A DNA stretch of 64,000 nucleotides from the human T2T-CHM13v2.0 reference genome, Homo sapiens. Below the pieces are notes generated by a model. The model was not told where the DNA came from and ran no database searches. It was given only the letters and a program-made list of their open reading frames with translations. Made by a program: the position numbers and the translations under genes. Numbering within the stretch: the stretch's first letter is position 1; each line of letters begins with the position of its first letter. Shown here in pieces: positions 28,393 to 47,083 of the stretch. The stretch lies in the NCBI RefSeq assembly GCF_009914755.1, contig NC_060930.1; one strand, 5' to 3'.

Positions 28393-29334
28393 TATATCCT
28401 CAGCAAAAACAAGAGGGCTGATGTGTCATAGGGGTTCAATAAATATTGCTATAATGGAAGACTGCAGTTAGTGAAACCAGACTCTCTAGGATCCATCTGG
28501 TTAGGAGGCTCCAACACACTGAAGGGTCTCAGCATTGCAGCCTCTCACGTGGCAGACCTACAAGCTAGTGTCAAACCTGGAGCCTGCAAATATTGACTGT
28601 GCATCTGTGATTCGCTCTAGTGGGTTGGGATTTTTTGTAAAATTTATATTTGGCCGTGTCCTCTCCACCCTAAATAGTCTCCCCTAGATGAGCTTTAGAA
28701 GAAATACAAAGGGGCGCTTTCTCACAAAAACTGCTAAGTACCCCTAGTCTGTCTGACACTCATCTTCTGATATTCATGTTACGGCTCTAGGAACCTAAGT
28801 TCCCACTGACCCCTAATATTCCGCATTGGCATTGTGACAGTTTTGCTGTTAGGAGCCTGCATCGTGAGGTTGGAAGAGGTCCTGCCTCCATAACATCGCC
28901 CAGGATCTCTGTGCAGGAGTTGCAGTTTGGGTTTCTGACCAGAGCTGTTGTATTCTGGTTCCTAAATGCTTTATCTGTCTGTCATTGGTCTCAGTATGTG
29001 TGCGCAAGTGTATCAGTGTGTGGTTTGAGTAGTCTTTTGTGGGCTGTGGAACAGCTTTGCTGCATTTCACTCTGGAGTGGATTTTATTCCTCTGGTGGAA
29101 ATACTCATTCTTGTTAGCAGAGGGCTTAGTTTTTCAACACTAAGGTACCCTCTCTGTGAGTGATCATCAGACTGCAGCTGTGAAACCTGTCATGACCTTT
29201 ACACCAAGAGCTTACTATGTGCCTGGTGAATTCTATACCCATTTAATTTTGGCATGTCTTGGTGTTTTGATTTGGCTTTTTTTTTTTTTTTTGGTTGGTA
29301 CATTAGGTTTAAAAGCGAACACGTTGGCAGAGTT

Positions 29335-29630
29335 TTTTGGTTTTGTTTTTGAGACGGTTTTTACACTTGTTGCCCAGGCTGGAGTGCAGTGGTGCAGTCT
29401 CGGCTCACTGCAACCTCCGCCTCCCAGGTTCAAGGATTCTCTTGCCTCACCCTCCCAAGTAGCTGGGACTACAGGCATGTACCACCATGCCTGGCTAATC
29501 TTTTGTATTTAGTAGACACAGGGTTGCACCATGTTGGTCAGGCTGGTCTCAAACTCCTGACCTCAGGTGATCCACACGCCTTGACCTCCCAAAGTGCTAG
29601 GATTACAGGCATGAGCCACCATGCCCAGCC
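29335..29630 (-). mobile_element. AluS
   Basis: Full dimer ending catgcccagcc. Confidence 0.92.
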
Positions 29631-31524
29631 ACAAAGTTTTTATAATTTAAGATATGTGAAGGCTTGCCTATAACACTGTAGTTCCTAACTTTGCCGTTTT
29701 ATTATGAAAATAGAACTAGATAGAAAATTCTTAACCTCAAAAATCCTAGTTTATCTATTTTTAGTACCTGAACAGTTCATCTTGGTCTCTATCCATTTCA
29801 TAAAGCCAGACAGTAAAGCATAGTAGCAGTGATTCCGATTCAGAACAGGAATTTCTTTATGGCTTCTTCAAGCTTTCTGTTTAACATTTTTGGTTTGTGT
29901 TGTCAATGGGAAATAATAAATGCTTTGTTATCTTTTGAGGTATCTGAAGAATAATACAGTTGTTATGAATATGTTTTTGTAGTTTTTCCTTCTCAGTTGT
30001 AGCAGCTGTGTGGGAAAAGTTCTGTTTATACAATACACATATATAGACATGATTCAATTTGTGATTTGTCAAGTACACAAAAGAGCAAGTGGTTTTATTT
30101 GTACCAGACACCATTCTGCACTTGTTAGAACAAAACACTAGCAATAGGACTTGTCGGTATCATTTCTACATGGCTTAACTTTTTTTTCACTGCCCATTTC
30201 TTAGCATGAATAAGTGGCTTAACCTCTTAAATATTTAAATCAATTTTTATTTGGGTAGGCCATGTAAGAAAAAAAGTGGATAGATATGATAATGACTACT
30301 ATGACTTTTAGCAAAAGGGGTATATTTAATTTTTATGCACATAGAATTCCCAATCTCATATTGGGGAGGAAGAGAATAACAATATGTTATTCTTCTACTT
30401 CCTTATGTATATACTGAGAGACATTTCATTGCTGTGGTATTTGGTTTCCTTATGGGAAGGAAAAATTGGGATAATGATGATACTGTTCTGTGCAATTTTT
30501 AATGGGATGGATAGAAATTCACGCTTGTTAATAACTTAAATCATAGCATTTCTCCTTTGTTTTTGGTTAGAACATTAACTTACATTTAACACTGGAAAAC
30601 ATGACTGTCAGAAATTTCTGTACCTTAATTCTACCCACCTGCTTGAAGAATAAATGGATGTGATAATATACAATTCTGTCATTATTGAAGAAATTCAGAA
30701 ATGAAGTTTAGCATTCCTGTGGTGACATGTTTTATTGTGAATAGGCTCCGAGAGCCTGGTTTGAAACCGCCAAGTAGGAACATCGCACAGGGGACACCTT
30801 CACATGCGCCGCAGCTGTGCAGATTTCACCTCCTGCCACTGCTTGCTCATTCTGGTTCCCGCCTTCTGCCTGTCTGTACCTGGGTACACATGTGCGTGTC
30901 TTTTGAGCCCCCATTCAGTTATTTCCTTGTGTTCATTCCTTAGCTACATTCCCAAACCACAGAGTAAGATTGTTTTAAAACCTTTTGGTGCTCATCGTTC
31001 AGTTGCCCTCTAAAATTCTTCCCACTCACACACTCTCAACAGTTAAAGAAGGTGTTTCTTCACACCTCTGTAAGCCTTACAGACAGAAAACGGTTCACTT
31101 TGGTGAGGTTAAACGTTACTCATATTTATTGGCCATTTGTATTTTTTTTTCATGAATTGCTTACTCAGAATTTGGTGGGTATTCTTTGTGTTGGCCTTAC
31201 TGATTTGAAAGAGCGTTTTGTTAATAAGCCATAGCCTCTTATTTACAGCTTGTCAGTTTTATTTCATAGCGTTTCTTTTTTATATGTACATGTGCACGTT
31301 ATTCAGTGTTTCTGTTCAGCGTTGGCGTTAGGGTTGGCGAGGCCTTCCCCACTGTGTGCCTGGCAGGAACTGTTGCTCTGTGCTCCTCATGGGAAGCTCT
31401 GCCTGTGAGGACCCCACGCTCTCTGAAAACCCAGCTGCAGTGTTAGGTGCTGTTGGCCAGAAGCACCTCTCCATTCTAAGACTGATCCCAGACTAAGCGC
31501 TGCCTAGCCTCCTTTCTGCTAGGT

Positions 31525-33690
31525 GCGTTAAATGAGATATGGCTTACGTACAGTATGTGCACAAATCTTAAGTGTATAGTTGGTGAGCTTGACAAATGTG
31601 TACACCTGTGCAACTACCATCTCCCTAGAGGTACAGAACATTTTCACCACCTGACAGTTTCTCTGGGCTCCCATCGCCCCATCACCATGGATAAGCACTG
31701 TTCTCATGTCCCTTTCCACAGGTGGGTTTGCCTCTTCTAGGATTTCATACAAACACAGTCATATAGTATGTACTTGTTCGTGTCTGTTTTCATTTGCTGA
31801 GCATGGTGACGTTTGGATTCGTCTGTGTTGTCGTGGGATGGTGAGCAGTGTTCCATTGTGTGAACATACCCAGCATGTTTATCCACTTTGCTCTCAGTGG
31901 GTACCTGGGCTGATTCCGTTTCTGGTTCTTATGACTAAAGTGGCTATGAACATTCTTGCGTGGGTCTTTCTGTGGACAAACACAGAAATTTCTTTTGGCA
32001 AAAATACCTAGGAGTGGAATTGCTGAGGGAGGTGTGTGTTTAAGAAGCTCCACATGGTTTTCCAGGGGAGTTGTGCCACTCTTGACTCTGACAGGCATCG
32101 CAGGAGAGTCCCTGTTGTCCTGCATCCTAGCAGCACTGACGTTTTTCTTTATAATTTTAGCCACTGTAGTAAGACTTGAATTTCGGTATGGTGAGAGCTG
32201 AAGAACTTTGCTCTTCTCTGATGAGATTGTTTTTGCTATTCTATTTATACATTTGCTGTATAAATGTTAAGAGTTTCATGGAAATTTGTCAGTTTCCATG
32301 AAAAAGCCTTTGGGACTTGTGATTGGGATTGTATTGTATCTGGGTATCAATTTGGGAAAAATTGACAAACAATATTTTATTTGTCAACTTATAAATATGG
32401 CATGTCGCCCAATTTATAGGTACTCTTTAATTTGTCTCAGCCATGTTTTGCCATTTTTGTTAAACTTATTTCTAATATTTTGGCTTTTTATTATATGGTA
32501 AATGGAAATTTTAAAACCTCACTTTCAGTTTACAACTACTATATAAACATACATTTGATTTAAAAAATTTGACATCATATCTGTGACTTTACTGAATTCA
32601 CTTTTTCTGGTTGGTTGGTTGTGTATTTATTTTCTGAGAATTTTTAAATTGAGAATGAACACTGATTTTTTTCCTTTTTCCCTCACCTTTTTTAATTATG
32701 AAAATTTTAAACATACAACTAAGTTGAAAAGTTATTCAGTGAATGTTTATAACCCACTACAAAGAATGTCGTTTTACTATGCATCCATCCATCAGTCCAT
32801 CTTATTTTTTGAAACATTTTAAAGTAAATGGAGACATACCCCTAAAAATACCTTATTCAGCAAGCATTTCATTAACTGGAATTCCAGTTTGTTCATAGTT
32901 TTTTTCTTTTTATGTAAAATTTCCTAACAATGAAATGTGCTGATCTTAAATACTGCAACCAGTTGCTTAGCTAAACAAATGCATATACCTGGGTAACCTA
33001 AAAGCTTATCAAGCTGGAAAGCTGTCAGTCACCCCAGAAAGTTCATTCATGTCCCTTCCCAGTCAGTTTCCCTCCCACCCTTGTTGTTTGTTGTTGTTGT
33101 TTATACAGTAGTTTTTGTTCTAGAATTTTCTTTTAAATGGAATCATATTACAAAGTATTTTTTGATAATTTATACCACAGTTTGGTCAGTCACCTGTTGA
33201 AAACGTGTGCTGTTTCTAGTTTGGAGCCATTAGGAACAGAGCTCCTATAAATATTTTTGTACAAGTCTTTCTGCTGACATGTGTTTTCATTCCTTTGGGG
33301 TAATTAGGTTGGGGATTGCTGGGTCACAGGGTAGGTATGTATTTAGTTTTATAAAATGCTGTCAGACCTTTTGCCAAAGTGGCTGTCCCATTTTAAAATC
33401 CTACCAACGATGTATGAATGTCCTAGTTGCTTACCTTTGATATTTTTTTCATTTTGGCCATTCTGATGGGCATGTAGTTGTAACTTATTGTGCTTCTAAT
33501 TTGCATTTCCCTCATGAACGGTGTGATATTCATCACTTCAAAAAATGTTTAATTGATAAGTAAAATATTCAGCACTTTTTAATGTGCTCACTACACATTC
33601 ATATACTTTAGGGAGTATATGTTCAAATCTTTGCCAACATTTTAATTATACTTGGTCTTTTCATTATTCTAGAAACTTTTTATAGGTCTT
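31525..33690 (-). mobile_element. L1ME/L1M 3' fragments
   Basis: aaagtggctatgaacattcttg...cctaggagtggaattgctg; repeated L1 3'UTR motifs. Confidence 0.7.
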
Positions 33691-34154
33691 AGGGACTAGG
33701 GGCTATTGGGATGAAATGAATATATTTTGCATGTGGGAATGACATGAATTTTGTGGGAATGACGTAAATTTTGCGGGACCAGAGGTAGAATGCTGTGTTC
33801 TGAATGTTTGTGTCCTGCCAAAATTCATATCTTGACACTTGGGGATTAACGCAGTGCCATCATGGTACTGGGAGGAGGTTAGGCCATGAGGGCGCCACCA
33901 TGGGATCTGTGCCCTTAATAAAGAGGCCCAAGAGAGCTTCTTTGTCCCTTCCACCACGTGAGGGCACATAAAATGTGCCATCTGTGAGGAATGGGCCCTC
34001 GCCAGACACTGAATCTGCTGGCATCTTGACCTTGGAATTCCCTGCCTCCAGAATTGTGAGCAGTAAATTTCTATTGTTTATGAATTACCCAGTCTGAGGT
34101 ATTTTGTTATAGTGGTCCAAATAGACCAAGACAGAAGTTGGTACTGAGAGTGGG
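33690..34154 (+). mobile_element. MLT1A-type MaLR LTR (33791-34133) with internal-region stubs on both sides
   Basis: TGCTGTGTTCTGAATGTTTGTGTCC...TAGACCAAGACA; preceded by ggctattgggatgaaatgaat...ccagaggtagaa and followed by gaagttggtactgagagtggg. Confidence 0.8.
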
Positions 34155-38790
<4,636 letters not shown>

Positions 38791-41700
38791 TGTTGGGAGA
38801 CAATTCTCCATAGGTCTTCTGCATTTCTGCACCTTTTGCAAGCAGTGCACTGGCTGTGTTTCTTCTAGACTACTTTTTCAAGGACATTCATAGAGAAGAC
38901 AAAAGTCATTTCTCCTGCCAGAGGCTGGAGCAGGCATGCTCACTATCCATCATAAAAGTTTGCCTTTTTAAGCTCAGGGTTCTGCTCCTGTGACATCGTC
39001 CATTGCACGCAGAGGTGTCATCCTCTGGGGACTGAGGCACAGCACACCGGAGCAGGAACATGTTGGTACCCTGGGTACTGCGCTTGCTCCCAGTTCACAT
39101 TGATCCATGACTCAAGAGTCTCTTGTCGTCTGTGAGCGTTCTTGAAATTGTGGCAAGCTCACTTGTTAGCTTCTGTCCTCCTTGTGGTTTTTCTCAAAGA
39201 GGAGGATGGGAGTCTCATGGGTCAATGGGTGAGATTTTAGGAAAATCCATGGGATTTGTAGCTGACATGTTGACCAAATTGTTATCCTAGTGATAAATGG
39301 TCCTTCACTTTGCTGCCTGCTAATGAGGGGAAATTGGGGAGATAGTTTTAAACACAGCTGCCCAAACAATGCCCTGGTTATTGCTAATTCTTCTCTGGGT
39401 GGGAGGATGTCTTCACCCTTTGGTGGGCAGATGGTTCTGACCCTTTTCAAACAGTTAAAGGAGAGAAATTGATAACCACCAGGGGTGGAAAGCAGGCAAA
39501 TTGTTTCATCTGAATGTTGGCTGGTTCTTTTGGGAGAAGAAGGGGTGGGACTTGTTAAGGCAGAAGGCTAACAGCTAGGTTGCCACATGGTTGGCTCTTC
39601 CAGCACTGGTCCTGCCAACCTCAGATGCACTGGTAGATGACAGTAAAAGGCTTAATTATTTTTGTAGTGGACCCTGGCAGCTTTAGGGATGTGCAGCCCT
39701 GTCGAAGATTACCCTGACATAGACAAACACCTGTGGGAAAATATTAGTGTCTAATAAGATCATCAACTAGTATTCCAGCTCTTACTGCCCCAGATGAGGT
39801 TTCCAATGCTAATGATGATGACCCACTGGAGAGTGAGAAATTTAACCCAAACAAGTTGACGTACATTCTTGCCGTCCACTCCACTGCTCTGGGAAATTCT
39901 CCCCTGGCCCTTCCATTAAAGCCACGTGATAACCCATGAGATGTTACCATGACTGTGGGGCCCGCATTGGTCAAAATGGAGGACATAATCAATCTGTGTA
40001 AGCGACCTAAAATTGCCTTGTCCCTCTTGCATCTGGCCCTTGCTTACAGAAGGGCTGGGTATGAGTAGGGTATCATTGGTAAACAGGTGAAAATAGCTCC
40101 CGAAATAGGAAACATACAATTTTGTCCTGGTGGAAGGAGAGCAACAATGCTAGTACCTAGGGAAGTGGGGAGTGCATTACACCTTGGGAAATTCTGGGAC
40201 AGGGAACATTAATGATCCTTGTCATTCAGAACCACCCCTAGAGCCTTCCTCAGGGATGAAAAAGCCCTGGTGTGGTTCTCCCAGATTTTTGCAAGGGACT
40301 GAAGTGAAGCTTTCAGATCTGCCATTCCTCCTTGCCAGACCACTCTGGTGACGATTTGGTGCATTCCTTTGACCCATGCGGAGAATTCTATCAGAAGCAG
40401 CAGGGGATGGTGCCAGCGCCTGCACCTGCCACACAGAACACCTGCTAGCACCTCTGGCTGTCTGCCCACCCATACTCATGGCCATGGCACAGATGAGTGC
40501 CACCTGACTGGTGGAGCAGGCAAACAGGATAGATTGGACTGACCACTGTCAGGCAGTTCTTCCAAAAACAAGGGCAAGACTCAGTGATTGAACTGAGCTG
40601 TAGACCTTTAAGAGCCATAGCCATCTAGAAAGCTCTGTTGAAGGCACTGTCAGCCTATGCCCCTATGATGCAGGGCTCACTGGTAATTGTAAGCAGCACT
40701 TTCCAGGACCAATGCAACACTGAGACTGCACTCTCCCTCTGTGAAGGGCAGGTATTATCTCCCTTGTCTTCCTCCTAGAAGCATAGTGACTTGCACCTTA
40801 GCAGTGATCATCAGAGAACTTTGAGTATGTAAAGAAAAAAACTCCATCAGATCCTGTAGTCCTCATAGAACAGTGGCAAACTCTCCAAAATGAGTCTACC
40901 CTTGAGTATCTGGGGCAGCCCCCCAGAGGGATCATTGACTCACCATGTGTGTGCATCCTACAAGTAGCTTTCCCCACTGTGAGAGCCATAGACATGGTGG
41001 TAGGAAATTTGTCCATGACGTTCTCTAAAGTGATCCATAAAAGCATCTGGAAGCATTCATTAATGGATGATAGGATTGCTGTAGATTTCCTCCTTTGGGC
41101 CAAGACACAGTTCGTGCAATTGCTAACACATCTTGTATTATCCGTGTCAGTGGCCCCAACCAAAAGGAAATGTCCAGAAGCTTCAGGAGAAAGCCACGTG
41201 GCTTGCTAAGGTGGACCCTGATGTTTTATGGTATTGCTTTAGCTGGCTGGGTCCAGGATGCCGGGAAGCATGGTTAAGGTCAGGATTTTAGTTTGGCTCA
41301 TCATGATAATTGGAGTCCTGTTGATAGCAGCTTTTATTAGATGTGTGAGACAAATTGAGTGGATTTGGTTCCAGCCTGTATTAGATTGATCAGAGTAGCT
41401 AATGGAGTGGATACTCAGAGGGAAATTTGACAGAAGCCGAGACAGTATAAATACAAGGAGTGGGTCTTGTTGGGAGAGAGTTCTCCAGGGATCTTTTGCA
41501 TTTCTGTATGTCTCTGGAAAAGAGAGTGAGCGCATTTGTGGTGGACTGTCTTTTCAGTAGTGTTGGTGTAAGCAGTTAGCCTCGGAGACAAGATAGTGTC
41601 TCCAGGCCATAGGTAAGTTTGTTTACTGCGCTGTAGGATAAAGATGGGATGTGGGCAGGCATGCCCATTATAAGCATTTGGGATCCCCAAGCTCAGGGAT

Positions 41701-41840
41701 CCTTTCTTGTAATGTAACCTATTGTTCCAGCAGTTTTTACCTGACTGTCTTTGTATTGCCCTGTAGGAATTACAGGCTCAGGTAACCGGTACAAGCAATG
41801 CTAATAGGCTGACAGCTGCTCCTGCTGTGGGTAGGAAAAG

Positions 41841-42500
<660 letters not shown>

Positions 42501-42689
42501 TTACACTGTTTCTCTGATGAGGACTCTTGTCTTCTGCCAGCATCCATGAAAATGTCAAAAACAAGTTATAGCTTGGTAGTTTGCAAGCAGGTAAAATCTC
42601 AGACCCTTCAAATTTCCTTTTGTCTCTTGCGAAAAGTTCTTTTAGCTCTTATTCTTCTGAAAGTGTCTTTATTTCACTTCCCCCTTTCT

Positions 42690-45600
42690 TTAAACTGCTT
42701 TTTTGAGATTAACTCACATACCAGTTTACCCATTTAAATTAGAGAATTCAGTGGCTGTTAGCATATACAGTTTTGTGTCCGTCACCACAGTTGAGTTTTG
42801 TACATTTTCATCACCTCAAAAAGAAATCTAGTATCCATTAGCTATCATCTTCCTATTTACCCCTGTTACCTTCCCCCCAGGCCTAAGCAGCCACTAGTCT
42901 ATTTTCTGTCTCTATAAAATGGCCCATTCCGGTTATTTTTTATAAATGGCATCATGTATGTGACTGACTTCTTTTACATAGCGTAAGGTTTTTAAAGTCC
43001 ATCCATGTTGTAGCTTGTATCAGTACTTCATTCCTTTCTGTGGCTGAATAATATTCTGTAGTATAGATATGCCACATTTTGTTACTTACTCATCAGTTAA
43101 TAGACATTCGGATTGTTTCTACTTTTTGAGTATTATAAACAGTGCTGCTATGAACATTCTTCTGTAAGTTTTGGTGGGGACAGGTTTTCTTTCTGTTGGG
43201 TAGATACCTAGGAGTGGAGTTGCTGGGTCATATGGTAACTCTATTCGAGGAACAACGAGACTGTTTTCCAATGTGGCTGTACCATTTTACATTACCACAA
43301 GCAGTACATGACAGTTCCCATTCCTTTCCACCCTCACCACTACTTACCCTTTTTATTACAGCCATCCTACCGGCTGTGAAGTGTACCCGCATTGTGGTTG
43401 TGATGTGCATTTCCCCGATGGCTAATGATGTTGAGCGTCTTTCCGTGTGCTTTACTGGTCATTTGTGTATCTTCTTCGGAGAAATGTCTATTCAGGTCCT
43501 TTGCCATTGTTAAACTGGGTTGTCTTTTTATTATTGAACTGTAAGACTTTATATGTTTGATATAAGTCCCTTATCAAAACAATTTTTTTCCTCCCATTCT
43601 GTAGGTTATTCTCTCACTTTCTTGGTGGTATCCTTTGAAGCACAAAAGTTTTTAATTTTGATATCTAGTTTAATCCACTTTTTTTCTTTCGTTGCCATTG
43701 CTTCTGGTGCCATATGCAAGAAATCACTGCCTAATTTAAAGTGACAACAAATTACACCGCTATATTCTTTTAAGAATTTTATAATTTTAACTCTTTCTTG
43801 TAGATCTTTGACCAACTTAATGTGTGGTATGAGGTGTAAAGGTCCAACTTGCCTCTTTGGCATATGGATATCCAGTTGTCCCAAGATTATTTGTTAAAAA
43901 GATTATTCTTTTCCCCATGGAATGGTAGTGACAGTGTTGTCCAAAATATTTGACCATATATAAGGGAGTTTATTTCAGAGCCTTCTATTCCATTAGGCTA
44001 TATGTCTGTAGTTCCACGCTGCCAGTTTCATAGTATATTAATTACTGTAGCTTTGTATTAAGTTGAAACCAGTTAGTGTGAGTTCTTCAACTTTTTCTTC
44101 TTTTTGAAAATTTTTTGGGCTGTTCTCAATTGTTCTTACCAATTCCGTGTGAATTTTGGGATTAGCATGCCAGTTTCTACAAAGAAAACAACTTTAATGT
44201 TAATAAGAGTTACGTCGAATCTAAAGATCAATTTGGAGAGTTTTATGGTATTAACAGTATTAAGTCCCCAAATCCATGAACATGGAATGTCTTTCCATTT
44301 AATTAGATATTTATTTCAATAATGCTTTATAGTTTCCACTTTATAAGTTTTACACCTCTTTTATTCCTGTTTTTTTTCTTTTTGGTGATATAACTAAGAC
44401 TTTCTTAATTTCATATTTGGTTTGATCATTGCTACTGTATAGAAATACAATGCAGTTATTCCATTTTAAAAATTGATTTTTGTATGTTGCTTTGTCTCTT
44501 GCAATCTTGGTGAACTTCTTTGTTCTAATAGTTTTTAATGGACTCCTTAAACTTTTCTGTATAGAAGAGTATGTCATATGCAAATAGCAATAATTGTACT
44601 TCTTCCTTTCCAATTCAGATACCTTTGTGTTTCTTGTCTAGTCACTCAGCCAAAACTAGCTAGAACTCCAATACAATGTTGAATAGAAGTGGCAAGAACA
44701 AACATCTTGTTTTTCTGATCTTAGGGGGAAGCTTTTAGTCTTTCAGTATTCTGTGTGATGTTATTTGTGTGTTTTTCATAGATTCCTTTTATTAAGTTGA
44801 GGAAGTTCCCTCTATTTCTAGTTTACTGACTTCTTTTTTTTTTTTTTAATCATGAAGAGGTGTTGAATTTTCTCAGGTGTTTTTTCTGCATCTGTTGAAA
44901 CAATATGTGATTTTTTCCCCTTTATTCTATTGATGTGGCATATGAATGTTAATTGACTTTCACATATTAAACCAGCCTTGCATTTTTGGAATAAATCCTT
45001 CTTGGTCATGGTCATTTTTGTATATTGCGGAATTCAATTTGCGAATGTTTTGTTGAGGATTTTTGTGTCTATATTCATAAAAGAGGTATAGGTCTATAGC
45101 TTTCTTGTGATGTCTTTTGTTTTGGTATTAGGTAAATAGTGGCCTCATATAAAGTGTGGTAAATTGTTTTCTAATTACTGGAAGAGTTTATGAAGAACAG
45201 GTATTTTTAAAAATTTTGGTAGAATTCACCAGTGAAGCTATCTAATCCTATGCTTTTTTTAAGGGAGGTTTTGATGATCAGTCTTATATAGGCCTGTTTA
45301 GATTTTCTTGGTTCATTTTGACTAGTTTGTATATTTCTAGGAATTTGTTTATTTCATCTGAGTTGTTAAAATTATTGGCATATAGTTGTTCATAGTATTT
45401 TAATTATTTTTATTTCCATATGGTTTGTAGTAATGTTCCCTCTTTAATTCCTGGTATTAGAAATGTGGATGTTTATTTTTCTTAATCAAAATAAGTAAAA
45501 GTTTGTCAATTTTGTTAATTTTTTTAAAAGAAACTTTTGGTTGTGTTGCTTTTAAAATATTGCTTTTCAGTTTATTAAGTTCTAAATTGTTTCTTTTCTC

Positions 45601-46030
45601 CTGCTTGCCTTGGGTTTAGTTTCCTTTTTTGCCAGTGTCCTAAGATAAAGGGTTAGGTTATTGATTTGAGGTCTTTCTTCTTTTTAGTGTAGGTGTTCAC
45701 TGGTAGAAATTTCCCTCCCATCACTGCTTTTGCTGTATTCCATAAGTTTTGGTATGTTGTGGTTTCCAACTTCTCTTGAGACATTTTGGGGGGAGGTGGC
45801 CCATTGATTATTTAGCATGGGTTAATTTCTGCATATTTATGAATTTTCCCAACTTCTTTGTTATTTTCAGTATCATCCCCATTTGGAGATAGAACTTGCA
45901 TGATTGCAATCCTTTTAAATGTACTGAGCTTATCTTAAGACTTAGCATATGGTCTGTGCTGGCGAGTATCCTGTGTGTGCTTGAGAAGAATGTATATTCT
46001 GCTGTTGTTGGGTGCAGAGTTATCTCCTTG
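42690..46030 (-). mobile_element. L1MB-type LINE: 3'UTR plus degraded ORF2
   Basis: ORF2-like peptides IKIKNFCASKDTTKKV, HPTTAEYTFFSSTH, RVHFTAGRMAVIK. Confidence 0.85.
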
Positions 46031-46129
46031 TCAGACTTGCATAATGTTTCCATCACAATAATTAATGGAGCAGTTTGCCTGCCCCTGGATGTCTTATTGC
46101 TCCTTCACAGTCTGATGCTGAGATCTCAA

Positions 46130-46731
<602 letters not shown>

Positions 46732-46789
46732 GTCTAATGTGTCCACTATGACTTCCTTATGTATACTCAGTCTGGCCACTGAGTATGCC

Positions 46790-47083
46790 TAAAAACGGAG
46801 CACACACCTACCGTTAGCTGCGGAGGCTACTGTTGCTCTTCCTCTTTGCTCAATTTCCTGAGGAGGGAGGGACAGGATCTGCCTGGGGCCTGGCAGCAGC
46901 AGGTCCCCAGGGATGCTGGCCCTGGGGGAACCAGTGGTACATGGTTAAGGAGGGAGGGGAAACAAAAGCAGTGTGCTCCACCAGGCTCCTGCCTCGGCTC
47001 TAAGGAAACAGAGGAAAGCAAACGGGAATACTCTGGTTTAGTATACTGCCCGCTTCTGGAGTGGACATTGATTTAAGGTGGGT
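46790..47083 (+). promoter_or_regulatory. Candidate alternative non-coding first exon/promoter with 5' splice site AAG|GTGGGT at 47077/47078
   Basis: Unique GC-richer segment after the L1/MER58 block, ending in a strong donor 1.6 kb upstream of the coding exon. A local CpG cluster with TGACGT follows at ~47305-47385. Confidence 0.4.
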
